Shown: piece after piece, positions 22,126 through 32,345 of the stretch
How the letters are laid out: the number at the start of each line of letters is the position of its first letter
How positions within the stretch are numbered: the stretch's first letter is position 1
NCBI GenBank assembly: GCA_047947115.1
Contig: CP170459.1
Location: forward strand, 3,680,001 to 3,744,000
Direction: 5' to 3'
DNA length: 64,000 bases
Source: Verrucomicrobiota bacterium
Lineage (GTDB): Bacteria; Verrucomicrobiota; Verrucomicrobiia; Limisphaerales; AAA164-E04
Notes under the pieces: generated by a model
The model's database searches: none
What the model was told of the DNA's origin: nothing
What the model saw: the letters and a program-made list of their open reading frames with translations, nothing else
Translations under genes and position numbers: made by a program

Positions 22126-23589
22126 TCAAACAAGTGTCTGGGTCAAATGGTCTTCACGGTGGTCGTTCAGCTCCATCAGGGAGCTTTCATGGAGGGATAC
22201 TTCCGCACTCTCACAATATAAGCCGATGTATTCACCTTCCAACTCGCGAACGACCAGCGAAAGGCAAACCACCCCGTCGATGGAAAGTTCCGCGTAGTGG
22301 CCGTATCGGATGAATTCAAAGGCGTAATCCAGTGTGGTGCTAGGCTTGAAGTTGTTTGATTGTAGGTTTTCAAATTCGTAGTCCTTGTAAATATCCTGCG
22401 GGTTCTTGCGCCAGCGACGAATCTGAACAAGTCCTTGTACGGTATCCAGGGAGATATAATAGGCATCCCCGTCCTCATTGGCATCGAAAACCAATCCACA
22501 CTTGTCCAGCCCGACAATTTTGATTTTGCCTCTCCAGAGAAAATCTTTTGAAGGATTCTTGAAGCAGAACACTTCATAACCGCTGACACATGCAAACTCG
22601 TGGAAGTGTTCGGTTTTCTTGTGCCAGCCACTGGGGTTGTTGAGCACGCTTTTGAATTCGGGAAATTGAGTGTGTTCCAGAGTGTTTTTGATCTTATCTC
22701 CCCAACGGTAGAAGCTTTTCAATACCAGCTTGCCGTGAATGTCGACGTCCAGTTCCTTGGGCGGACAAAAGGTGCGGTGAGCGGTTTCGACATCTTTCCC
22801 TGACACGTAAAATGAGTATAGCAACAAATGGCCTTCATCGTAGGTGATGCGTGCGGCGTAATTGCCCTTCGGCATCAGCACGTTGTTGTGGTAGGCATGG
22901 TATTCACCCTGAAACTGTTTGCTGTACCAGTAATGCACCTTGATATCTTCCCGGATGGAGCCGATCAGGTAATAAGTGCCTCTGATTTTGACCAGGCAGG
23001 GGCATTCCACGTCATCATACACATAAGGTACGAAAAGAGGCGGATACAACTGATGTCCCTCCTTGGTCAGCTCAACCAATCCCACGCAGCCACGCCGGGA
23101 GATGGAGCCCGATTTGATCCGTGCACAGACCAACAAAAAGCGCCGATCATTCTCTGTGAAAAGATAGGGGTCGCGAAAGCTGACCCACTGTCTGACGTTG
23201 TCTATTTTTGATTCGTAAGGATCATTTGGTTCGATAGGGAAGGGGAGCGAGTTATCCTTTTCCCAATGCATCAAGTCTTTCGAAACAGCCCTGCCGATGC
23301 GTTGATAATGTCCCTTTTCTTCCTGTCTCAAACCGGTGTAGTGCATGACATACTGGTCACCTTCCTGGGTGACATGCATGGTCCACAGCATGTCGTCATC
23401 CCACTCTCCCGGATCTCCCACGAACAGCGCATTTTTAACGCGTTTCCATTGGATGCAATCCTTTGAGACGGCATGGGCAATGTAATCATGATTGGGAAGT
23501 ATCAGGTGGAAGAGATGATACGTTTCGCCCACATTGATGACATCAATGTCTCCAATTTCCCATTCCCTAAAACCGCGTCCTGAGTACAT
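22126..23589 (-). CDS. GH32-like glycoside hydrolase (beta-fructofuranosidase-type propeller plus beta-sandwich)
   Basis: Catalytic-type motifs IGDIDV, FRDP and VECP; HAVSKDCIQW; lies directly downstream of the sucrose-phosphate synthase gene. Confidence 0.8.
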   Translation of the reverse strand: MYSGRGFREWEIGDIDVINVGETYHLFHLILPNHDYIAHAVSKDCIQWKRVKNALFVGDPGEWDDDMLWTMHVTQEGDQYVMHYTGLRQEEKGHYQRIGRAVSKDLMHWEKDNSLPFPIEPNDPYESKIDNVRQWVSFRDPYLFTENDRRFLLVCARIKSGSISRRGCVGLVELTKEGHQLYPPLFVPYVYDDVECPCLVKIRGTYYLIGSIREDIKVHYWYSKQFQGEYHAYHNNVLMPKGNYAARITYDEGHLLLYSFYVSGKDVETAHRTFCPPKELDVDIHGKLVLKSFYRWGDKIKNTLEHTQFPEFKSVLNNPSGWHKKTEHFHEFACVSGYEVFCFKNPSKDFLWRGKIKIVGLDKCGLVFDANEDGDAYYISLDTVQGLVQIRRWRKNPQDIYKDYEFENLQSNNFKPSTTLDYAFEFIRYGHYAELSIDGVVCLSLVVRELEGEYIGLYCESAEVSLHESSLMELNDHREDHLTQTLV

Positions 23590-23664
23590 ATATTCTGTTG
23601 TCGTTGTTGTTTGATCTTTGGTTAGCCTAACTTGAAGATTTGTGGTGGAAAAGGATTTCGAGGT

Positions 23665-25824
23665 TTAAAAGCCATAGTGATTCAATCCTTCCAGAATGCC
23701 TGCGGAACTTTCCCTGTCAGCAAAGTAAACCTTGCGACTGCCTCGAAGATGTTCCAGTTCCTTGGCGTGATTTCCGACGACAATCGCCTTTGAGGTGTTG
23801 GAGATCATGTCCAGATCATTTCCCGAATCACCACAAACCAATGTTTGGCTGAGAGGGATGGACCACTTTTGACTGATATACCGGACTGCCCGTCCCTTGG
23901 AACCACGGCGGGGTAGTATGTCAAGATAGGCCCCGCGGGTGGTCATCACGTTGAGCCGCCTGGAAAATGGGGCCAGGGCTTCTTTCAACTCGTTTTCGTC
24001 GTAACCTTCCTCAGAGATATAGTAAGAAATTTTGAAAGGATTTTGGTTTTCCGGTTCTTGTTCCTTGACCCCTTTGACTGAAGAAACGGCTTCCACGATT
24101 TTTTCACGGTTCCAACGATAATGGATATGCTTGTGCCATCCTTTGTCGAGGTTTGCCTCACTGAGACCATAGTAGATGTAGGAGCCCACGGAACTGATGA
24201 CGACATCAGGGGTTGGCATGTGATGCTCGGACAAAATTTCTCGGATTTTTTCCAGAGATCGACCGGTTGCCACGCCGAAGACGAATTGGTCTCCTCGGTC
24301 TTCCAAAAGCTTTCGCAATTCATCCAGACCTTCGTAATTTTCCGACTCACTGATCAGTGTGCCGTCAATGTCGGAGATCAGCATTTTCTTGGCGGTTGCC
24401 AGTCGTTTTTGGGTTCGTGTGTTTTTGGTCACTTGCTTGTTGCCGCTTTCCTTGGAGTCTTCCATTGTTGATTTTATCAGCCGGAGGTATTTGTCCACAT
24501 GAGACTTCCAGCTGTAGTGTGTGTGAATGTTCCGGATGCCCTGGTTTGAAAGTTCCATCCATTGTTCATCGTTGATGAGCGCTTTTTTCAAAGTCGCTCG
24601 GATCTCATCGGTATTGTACGGGTTCACCACAAATCCATTTTGACATGTGGGGACGATTTCGGCCGGCCCGCCATGGTTGGTGGCGACTACCGGACATCCA
24701 CAACTGGTGGCTTCCAGAATGGTCAGACCGAATTGTTCGGTCAGAGCTACGTTTGAAAAAAATCCCTTTTGCCTGGCGCATAGGCGATAGATTTCAGGCA
24801 CTTCCAGGTCCGTGTCGTGCTTTTTGGGTATCGCCAGCTTGCCGTAGAGGTTGTACTTGTCCATCAATAGCAGAATCTCCGTCAATACGGCCTGTTCTCC
24901 TGATGGCAGGTGGTCGATGTCACTCCGAATGCCCGCGTAGATGACCAGATTGGCAATGGATTGAAGCTAGTGGTCTGTCCCGTAGGCGTGGATCAGTCCG
25001 GAAATGTTTTTCTTACGGTCCGGCCGGCAGATGGCCAGAATGAAGGGTTTGTCCGGTTGACTTAAAAATTTGTCAATTCGGGATTTGGCCATCATGCGTG
25101 CCTGCTTTTGCTGGTCGGTGAGTGGTTGCCCGTCGAACTCTTCCTCATAATAGGGCCAGAAACGCTTTAGGTTGATGCCGGGGGATACGACGTGAAATTC
25201 GGTTAAATCGAAGTTTTCATAATCTTCGAACAGATTGATTTCATTTTCTGTCGAGGTCACGATGAACTCGGCCGAAGCCAGCGTTTGTTCCTCGGCATCA
25301 AATCTGTTTTGAAAACGGTATCGTTCGTAGGCTTCCTCTTCCGTCATTCCAGCTTCGATGAGTTTGTGCAGTTTGGGCATACCCAGCGAGTGAGCCGAAT
25401 GCACGTACGGGACATTCAGGTATCTTGAGAGTTCGGATACGACATAGCCTGCATCGGCATAGTGACTGTGGAGCCAGCTTGGGAAGATGTTTTTTGATTT
25501 GATATGTTTGAGGGTATTCGAAACAAATTCATCCAGGCAGTCCCACAGTTTCTCCTTTGGAAGATATTTTTTGCCGCCGCAGGGAATGCGGCGTATGTCG
25601 AATTTGTCATTGATCGGCTCGATTTCGACAGCGTAGTCCGGTGATAACTGCTTGTCGTCAATGCGTCGGGTGAACAAGTGGACATGTTCCACTTCCGGAC
25701 GCTGGCTTAATTCCTTGGCCAATTCCATGACATAGATGATCTGGCCGCCGTTATCCGAGTCCTTTCCAATTTCCAGGTTTTTCCCGCGAAATAATCCATG
25801 GATACTCTAGAGGTGTATACGCAT
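23665..25824 (-). pseudogene. sps: Sucrose-phosphate synthase (GT4)/HAD-IIB phosphatase fusion, about 719 aa, with two in-frame TAG stops
   Basis: One frame from ATG 25824: [35 protein letters not shown] (TAG 25809-25807) ... AYGTDH*LQSIANL (TAG 24969-24967) ... EQFGLTILEA ... ISDIDGTL, GDSGNDLDM. Confidence 0.88.
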
Positions 25825-25955
25825 ACGAATGAGGCTAACACACATGCCGCTGTGGGCAAGGGTTTGCAAAGTTGAAGGTCGCAATTGACTCCTTAAGCTC
25901 TTATTGCATAGTGTGTGTGGAGATCATCACCAACCTGAAAAAATAAAAAGGGAAT

Positions 25956-27245
25956 ATGGACGAAAAGGCTATCATCCGCATAGGCGACCGGCAATTCGAG
26001 TGTCCCACGATCGTTGGGAGCGAGTATGAAAAGGCGATTGATGTCAGGCAACTGCGCGGCGAAACCGGTTACATCACCTACGATGATGGCTATGGCAACA
26101 CCGGGTCCTGTCAAAGCGCGATCACCTACATTGATGGTGACGAGGGCATCCTGCGTCATCGCGGCTACCCGATTCAGGAATTGGCAGAGCATTCTGATTT
26201 TGTTGAATCCGCTTATCTGATCATTTATGGCGAGTTGCCGACCGAGGATGAGTTGCGACGTTTCAGAGCCCGAATCTCCGGGAATGCCAATTTACACGAA
26301 GGCATGCTGCGCATTCTGGATCATTTTCCCGATGACTCTCATCCGATGGCCATTCTTTCCGTGATGCTGAACGCGATTGGTTGTCATTATTCTGAAATGG
26401 CGTCCAACAACCGCGAGCAGGATCTCGATCACTTCGATTGGGCCTCTACTCTGTTGCTTGCCAAGGTGCGTACCATCGCCGCTCTGACGTATCGTATGAA
26501 AGAGGGCAAACCCTGGATGTATTCCAAGCCAAGCTTCCGTTATTGCCAGAATTTCCTGCACATGATGTTCTCGGAACCCTATCAGGATTTCATGCCACGT
26601 GAAGAGGTGATAGATGCACTTGATTTGATCCTGTTGCTACATGCCGATCATGAACAGAACTGCAGTACATCCACAGTGCGGATGATTGCCAGCAGTGGTG
26701 CCAATCTGTTTGCCTCGGTTGTCGGCGGAGTTTCCGCCCTTTGGGGACCGCTGCATGGCGGGGCCAACATGGAGGTGGTGAAAATGCTTCAACAAATCCA
26801 TGATGACGGTGATGACGGATCTCGATTCATTGCAGCGGCGAAAGATGGTAAACAGCGCCTGATGGGATTTGGTCACCGGGTTTACAAGAATTTTGATCCG
26901 CGCAGTCGTCTGCTGAGGTCACGCGCCGATAAACTGTTTGCAAAATTGGAAGCGCCCGATCCATTGCTCGATATTGCCAAACATCTGGAAGATGCAGCCC
27001 TCAAGGATGATTACTTCATTGAGCGCAAGCTTTATCCCAATGTTGATTTCTACAGCGGCATCATCCTGCGCGCCATCGGTATTCCTTTGGAGATGTTCAC
27101 CGTGATTTTTGCCATTGGCCGCATGCCCGGCTGGATCGCTCACTGGCGTGAACTGGCAAGTCATCCAAAGCAGAAGATCCACCGGCCACGACAGATCTAC
27201 ACGGGCGCTACGGAGCGTCGATATGTTCCGCTTGAAAAACGTTGA
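25956..27245 (+). CDS. gltA: Citrate synthase
   Basis: [52 protein letters not shown]. Confidence 0.97.
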   Translation: MDEKAIIRIGDRQFECPTIVGSEYEKAIDVRQLRGETGYITYDDGYGNTGSCQSAITYIDGDEGILRHRGYPIQELAEHSDFVESAYLIIYGELPTEDELRRFRARISGNANLHEGMLRILDHFPDDSHPMAILSVMLNAIGCHYSEMASNNREQDLDHFDWASTLLLAKVRTIAALTYRMKEGKPWMYSKPSFRYCQNFLHMMFSEPYQDFMPREEVIDALDLILLLHADHEQNCSTSTVRMIASSGANLFASVVGGVSALWGPLHGGANMEVVKMLQQIHDDGDDGSRFIAAAKDGKQRLMGFGHRVYKNFDPRSRLLRSRADKLFAKLEAPDPLLDIAKHLEDAALKDDYFIERKLYPNVDFYSGIILRAIGIPLEMFTVIFAIGRMPGWIAHWRELASHPKQKIHRPRQIYTGATERRYVPLEKR

Positions 27246-27303
27246 TTGACGGCTGACTTGAAGTGTTCGGATACATCGAAAGGCGTTCGCAGCAAGGCAT
27301 CGC

Positions 27304-27744
27304 TTACTGGAAATCCTTCCGGATTGAAGGAAGTTCCAATCGGCGTCCTGTAGCCTCAAAAATGCGCTGAAGGTAGTCTTCGTCATTCAGTTCGATCGGG
27401 ACGGATTGGCATGATTTTTCGAACCCTGGAAAGTTCCATAAATTGGGGAAGTCACGACATTGTTGTGGTTTGACCGGTTGGATGCGGCAGAGATCTCCAT
27501 CCAGAAAAATGCATTCCCCGTTGGGTTTATCCATCAGCGCCAACCCGGTCCTTGAGGTATTCAGGCGAGTGTGGGATTGGATGAATGCTTCCTCGGACAA
27601 TTTCAGGTATTTGGCGATCTCTGAAATTTCCTCTTCGCTTAATTTTACCTGCCCCGGCCATCGACAGCATGCGGTGCAGCGTTGGCATTCACGAAAAGTA
27701 GGCATGGCGGTGCGCTCAAGTATTTTTGCTGCGTTGTCTGGCAA
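27304..27744 (-). CDS. YkgJ-family Cys-cluster (CxxCxxCC) protein
   Basis: CQRCTACC...CIFL...C.I.PVKPQQCRDFP. Start may be ATG 27705. Confidence 0.85.
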   Translation of the reverse strand: MPDNAAKILERTAMPTFRECQRCTACCRWPGQVKLSEEEISEIAKYLKLSEEAFIQSHTRLNTSRTGLALMDKPNGECIFLDGDLCRIQPVKPQQCRDFPNLWNFPGFEKSCQSVPIELNDEDYLQRIFEATGRRLELPSIRKDFQ

Positions 27745-27754
27745 AAGGGTGGAG

Positions 27755-28780
27755 TCAATCCAATGTGATTTCGATCGACGCTGCTTTTTTCAACTTTGTC
27801 AGATAATCCGGCAGTAGTTGCTGGACATATTCGGCTTCCAGTTGGGCTTTGATGCGGTCAGATACTTCCTCAAAGGGCTGATATTCCTCGGGAGTGATTT
27901 CCAGGATTTTTACGATATGGTAACCGGTCTGGGTCCTGATGACATCGGATATTTGATCCTTTTTTAGGTTAAAGATCGCTCCTTCCAGGGTTGGATCGTT
28001 CGTGCCACGGGCTATGGTGACTTCACCTTTTTGTTCTTTGGTCAGGGCATCCTGTGAATAGGTCTCCACCAAGGATGTGAAATCCTGACCGCTCGCCGCT
28101 TTTTTTTGGACTTCCTTTGCTTGTGTCAATCGTTTGGACTGCTCTTCCAATGGCAACGGTGTGCCGCTCGGGAGGCTGAGTATGGGGATGAAAATATTTT
28201 GCAACCTCGCACGTTCCGCGATGGCAAAGCGGTCCTTGTTGTCTTGATAAAAAGTACGTGCTTTTTCATCCGGAACGATGTAACCGGCTTTCAAATCAGT
28301 ATCGATGACTTCCTTGACGATGGCCTGCTCCTTGATTTGAGTTTTGAAATACTCCAGATCCATGCCGGTTGCCAGCAACTGCCGCTTGAAGACGTCCTCG
28401 GAGGGGTGTTGTCGAATCAGGTCATTTAAGAACTGTTCGGCGTTGTTTTCTCCCCTTCGCCTTTGGTCCTTGTTTGCCTTCTGGAGAAGGATTTTGGTCG
28501 TGATCAATTTGTCCAGGATCTGGGCTTCCACTTCGTCATTGTACGCCGGAGGAATGGGATTGCCCTGAGACACCCTGTTCGCTTTGGTCGTGATGACCGC
28601 TTTGTCGAGTTCTGATTGACTGATTTCAAATCCTTTACCCCGTGCAACAACACTGTCCTTGAACAGACTGGAAAGATCGATCTGTGATCCGGGAGTTGAC
28701 TGGGCGTTCACCTCCGTCCATATCAACCATCCCGAAACGATTGCTGCCACCCACAAGGATTTGAAGGTCAATTTGTTCAT
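27755..28780 (-). CDS. PrsA/SurA-like parvulin peptidyl-prolyl isomerase (foldase)
   Basis: Signal peptide, helical chaperone domain, DFTSLVETYSQD...ISDVIRTQTGYHIVK. Confidence 0.85.
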   Translation of the reverse strand: MNKLTFKSLWVAAIVSGWLIWTEVNAQSTPGSQIDLSSLFKDSVVARGKGFEISQSELDKAVITTKANRVSQGNPIPPAYNDEVEAQILDKLITTKILLQKANKDQRRRGENNAEQFLNDLIRQHPSEDVFKRQLLATGMDLEYFKTQIKEQAIVKEVIDTDLKAGYIVPDEKARTFYQDNKDRFAIAERARLQNIFIPILSLPSGTPLPLEEQSKRLTQAKEVQKKAASGQDFTSLVETYSQDALTKEQKGEVTIARGTNDPTLEGAIFNLKKDQISDVIRTQTGYHIVKILEITPEEYQPFEEVSDRIKAQLEAEYVQQLLPDYLTKLKKAASIEITLD

Positions 28781-30369
28781 GACAATTTCACAATGCGAAT
28801 GCTGCTGATGTCTGCATCTCCCCGTATTTCATCCAATACCGTCTTCTCAGGAACACTGTCCAGACTCAATACCGTCAGCGCATGGCCTCCTTCACGGTCG
28901 CGGTGCAGACTCATGTTGGCGATATTGATTTCGTGTTTGGCCAGGATGGAACCAAGGTGACCCACGATGCCCGGGCGATCCTTGTTGGTGATCAGGCACA
29001 AAACGCCGCGAGGGTCGATTTCGACCGGTTGACTGTTGAGCCGGACTATTCTGGGATTCATTTGTGTCCCAAAGAAGGTGCCGCCTGCGGACGTTTTTTG
29101 CTCACCGCTGTAGGCCGCGACGTGCAGCCATTCGTTGAAATCCGTTTCTTCAGAAGATTTGACCAATTCGACCAGGATGCCGAGTGATTCAGCCATGGTT
29201 TTCGCGTTGATCTGATTGACATCCGCACCACCGGCGCTTGCCAGAAAACCGGTCAACACAAAGCGTGCGATGGGATCGCCCGGTACTTCCGTGGCCTTGC
29301 CACCAAAAGTAATCACAAGCCGGTCGTTCTGTTGCGGGGCCAGTTGCGAGACCAGTCGGCCCAGTTTTTGTCCAAGAGTCAGATAGGGTTTGACTTTCGC
29401 GTAGGTGTTGGCGTCCAGACTGGGCATGTTGACCGCGTTTTGAATGGCGCCGGTCAGAAGGTATGAGCTGATGGACTCGGCTATTTCGATGCCTACGTTT
29501 TGTTGTGCTTCCTTGGTGCTGGCACCCAGATGAGGCGTGGTGATGATCTCGGGAGTGTTGCGGAAAGGGTGATCGGCATCGAGGGGTTCCTTGGAATACA
29601 CATCGAGCGCAGCTCCGGCGACTGTGCCGTTTTGAATCGCTTCAAGCAGGTCGTCCTCCTGGACAATGCCACCGCGTGCACAGTTCAAGATGCGCATGCC
29701 TTTTTTCATCTTGGCAAAGGCGTCCTTGTTGATCATCTCGCTCGTTTCATCGGTTTTAGGCATGTGCACGGTGATGAAATCCGCCTTCGCGTAGATTTCG
29801 TCCAGACTGGCGATTTCCACCTGCATGGATTTGGCACGGGAGGGAGAGAGGTAGGGGTCGTATGCCATCACGTGCATACCGAATGCCTGTGCTCGCTTGG
29901 CGACTTCGGTGCCGATGCGGCCCAATCCCAGGATGGCCAGAGTTTTGTTGAAAAGTTCGGTTCCCTGAAAGGCTTTGCGGTTCCATTCCTTATTGGACAT
30001 GGACATATGCGCCTGTGGAATCTTGCGTGCCAGGGACATCAACATTGCGAAGGTCAACTCAGCGGTGGAAATGGTGTTTCCTCCGGGGGTGTTCATAACC
30101 ACAATCCCACGTTGTGTCGCCGCTTCGACGTCCACGTTGTCAACGCCCACGCCCGCTCGCCCCACCACTTTCAGGTTAGGGGAGTTTTCAATGACCTTGG
30201 CGGTAATCTTGGTCTCGGATCGCACGACGTAAGCACATACGTCCGCCGCCATGGCGATCAGGTCGGATTCACTGGGACGTTCGTCCAGTACAACGACTTC
30301 CAGTTCGGTTTGCTGTTGAAAAAATTCGATTCCCTTGGGGGAAATTGGATCACAGATCAATACTTTCAT
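28777..30369 (-). CDS. serA: D-3-phosphoglycerate dehydrogenase (type I, with ACT domain)
   Basis: GRAGVGVDNVD, GLGRIG, NCARGG, TPHLGAST, C-terminal DRPGIVG ACT domain. ATG 30369. Confidence 0.97.
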   Translation of the reverse strand: MKVLICDPISPKGIEFFQQQTELEVVVLDERPSESDLIAMAADVCAYVVRSETKITAKVIENSPNLKVVGRAGVGVDNVDVEAATQRGIVVMNTPGGNTISTAELTFAMLMSLARKIPQAHMSMSNKEWNRKAFQGTELFNKTLAILGLGRIGTEVAKRAQAFGMHVMAYDPYLSPSRAKSMQVEIASLDEIYAKADFITVHMPKTDETSEMINKDAFAKMKKGMRILNCARGGIVQEDDLLEAIQNGTVAGAALDVYSKEPLDADHPFRNTPEIITTPHLGASTKEAQQNVGIEIAESISSYLLTGAIQNAVNMPSLDANTYAKVKPYLTLGQKLGRLVSQLAPQQNDRLVITFGGKATEVPGDPIARFVLTGFLASAGGADVNQINAKTMAESLGILVELVKSSEETDFNEWLHVAAYSGEQKTSAGGTFFGTQMNPRIVRLNSQPVEIDPRGVLCLITNKDRPGIVGHLGSILAKHEINIANMSLHRDREGGHALTVLSLDSVPEKTVLDEIRGDADISSIRIVKLS

Positions 30370-30387
30370 CTTTATCAAAGGCAGCCC

Positions 30388-30416
30388 AATCTAGGGAAAC
30401 CCCGTCAACAGGTCAA
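30388..30416 (-). promoter_or_regulatory. Putative sigma70 promoter of serA
   Basis: Minus strand TTGACC (30416-30411), 17 bp, TAGATT (30393-30388). Confidence 0.6.
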
Positions 30417-30486
30417 ACATGGAAAATGATGGGATCACCACAAAGCTGGTCTTTTTTGATTTAATCAGTTAACAAAGGGTCAGGTT

Positions 30487-30963
30487 ATGGCAGCGAAGAG
30501 GATCAGTTATGGTTTGGTGATGTACCGGTACGGAAATCAAGGTCTGGAAATCTTGATCTCACATCCGGGCGGACCGAAATATGCCAAAAAGGATGCTGGT
30601 CACTGGACCATTCCCAAAGGAGGGAAGGACCCGCATGAATCGGAACTGGAGGCAGCCTTGCGGGAGTTTAAAGAGGAAACTGGTTTGAAAGTGCCTGAAA
30701 ATTCGATGTTTATAGATCTTGGAAGCATCGTTCAGAAGGGAGGGAAACATGTGCGTGCCTGGGGTGTCAGTTGTCCGTGGGATCCCTTGCCGGAACCCGA
30801 GAGCCAGCTCGTCAGTGTGGAATGGCCGCCGGGATCCCTGCAATGGATGGAAGTTCCGGAGATGGATCAAATCGAGTTTTTTCCAAGGGATAAGGCCTGT
30901 GAATTGATGAAGCAGTCTCAAGTGCCTCTCCTTGAACGTCTTGAAGACGCTTTAAGGGTTTGA
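30487..30963 (+). CDS. NUDIX hydrolase
   Basis: HPGGP...WTIPKG...EAALREFKEETG Nudix box; EWPP motif. Confidence 0.9.
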   Translation: MAAKRISYGLVMYRYGNQGLEILISHPGGPKYAKKDAGHWTIPKGGKDPHESELEAALREFKEETGLKVPENSMFIDLGSIVQKGGKHVRAWGVSCPWDPLPEPESQLVSVEWPPGSLQWMEVPEMDQIEFFPRDKACELMKQSQVPLLERLEDALRV

Positions 30964-30991
30964 TGGGGCCGCAACTCCTACGTGATCGCTT

Positions 30992-32212
30992 ATGAGTCGG
31001 ATCTTTCTCGATGCCCAGTCCACAACTCCCTTGCATCCTGAAGTGTTGGATGCCATGCGTCCTTTTTTTTCGGAACAAGGAAGTCTTCCTTCTGCTGCTT
31101 ACCACTCCGCCAAAACATCCCGTAAAGCCATTGAGATCGCGCGTGAACAGGTGGCTGAATGTATTGGGGCGGATTCACCCGAGGAGATCCTATTCACCAG
31201 TTCCGGTACGGAATCCAACAATCTGGCCGTCAAGGGAGCGGCATTGGCTCTCAAACGATTCGGTAATCATTTGTTGGGGACCACGGTGGATCATCCTTCC
31301 GTGCGCCTTTCCATGGGGTTTCTCGAATCGATTGGATTCGAGTGGCAGGCGGTGGGAGTGGATTCTATGGGACGGCTGGATGGTTCCGAATTCCTGTCGC
31401 GTATTCAGGAAAAAACGATGCTCGCATGTGCGCCTCTGTGTGTGCCCGAACTTGGTGTGACTCAGTCGCTTTGCGGGCTTGGGAAAGAGTTCCAGGCAGC
31501 AGGGAAAGCCTTTTTTGTCGATGGAACCTCCTGGGGCGGTCAGTCAAAGCTCGACGTTTCATCCTTGAAACCTGCCTTGATGAGCTTGTCTCCCCATCGG
31601 TTCCATGGTCCCAAAGGTGTCGGGGTGTTGTATCACAGAAAGGGAACCATGCTCGAACCTCTGATCCACGGGGGGAATCAGGAATCAGGTTGGCGCGGTG
31701 GAGCAGAGCATGTGGCAGGTATCGTCGGGGCCGGGAAGGCATTTGAATTACTCAAGCAAGAAGGCAGTGAACGGATCCGGCAATCGACGCGGTTCCAAAA
31801 GTGGATGTGGGAACAGATTCAACAGCGTATTCCGTCCGTTGGACTGTTGGGGCTTCTGCCCGGAGACGGGAGAATTTGCAATCAACTCAATATCGTTTTT
31901 GAAGGAGTTGAGGGCGAGGGTTTGATGTTGATGTGCAATGTTCGGGGGCTGGAGTGTCATACGGGTGTGTCGTGTGTCAGCAAGCATGTTGCCAATGACC
32001 GTATCATCGAAGCCACCGGTTTGCCGCGCGAATGTTTTGCCTCAAGCCTGCTGTTGTCATGGCACGCGCTTACCAAGGAATCGGATGTTCAAAATGGGGT
32101 GGAGATACTGGCGGGTTGCGTGGAACGTATGCGAAGTATGTCCCCTTCATGGGCTGGAATCCGGTCGGGAAAAATTCCGTCAAAACTTCATTTGTTGAAC
32201 AAGGGTTCATGA
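30992..32212 (+). CDS. Cysteine desulfurase-like (IscS/NifS class V aminotransferase fold) protein, atypical
   Basis: FLDAQSTTP, FTSSGTESNN, HPSV, SPHRFHGPKGVG (Arg where Lys is canonical), GGNQE.G.RGG, TGVSC. Confidence 0.85.
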   Translation: MSRIFLDAQSTTPLHPEVLDAMRPFFSEQGSLPSAAYHSAKTSRKAIEIAREQVAECIGADSPEEILFTSSGTESNNLAVKGAALALKRFGNHLLGTTVDHPSVRLSMGFLESIGFEWQAVGVDSMGRLDGSEFLSRIQEKTMLACAPLCVPELGVTQSLCGLGKEFQAAGKAFFVDGTSWGGQSKLDVSSLKPALMSLSPHRFHGPKGVGVLYHRKGTMLEPLIHGGNQESGWRGGAEHVAGIVGAGKAFELLKQEGSERIRQSTRFQKWMWEQIQQRIPSVGLLGLLPGDGRICNQLNIVFEGVEGEGLMLMCNVRGLECHTGVSCVSKHVANDRIIEATGLPRECFASSLLLSWHALTKESDVQNGVEILAGCVERMRSMSPSWAGIRSGKIPSKLHLLNKGS

Positions 32213-32345
32213 TGCTTTTGGTGCGTGATGCGTCAACCTCGCTTGTGCAGGATCTGTTTTCTGCACGTGAAAGTCCCCTGAAGTGTCATGTTTCTTGATT
32301 TGTCGTTTGCCAAGAGGTGTGTCTTGGTCGTATCAGTATCTTCTT

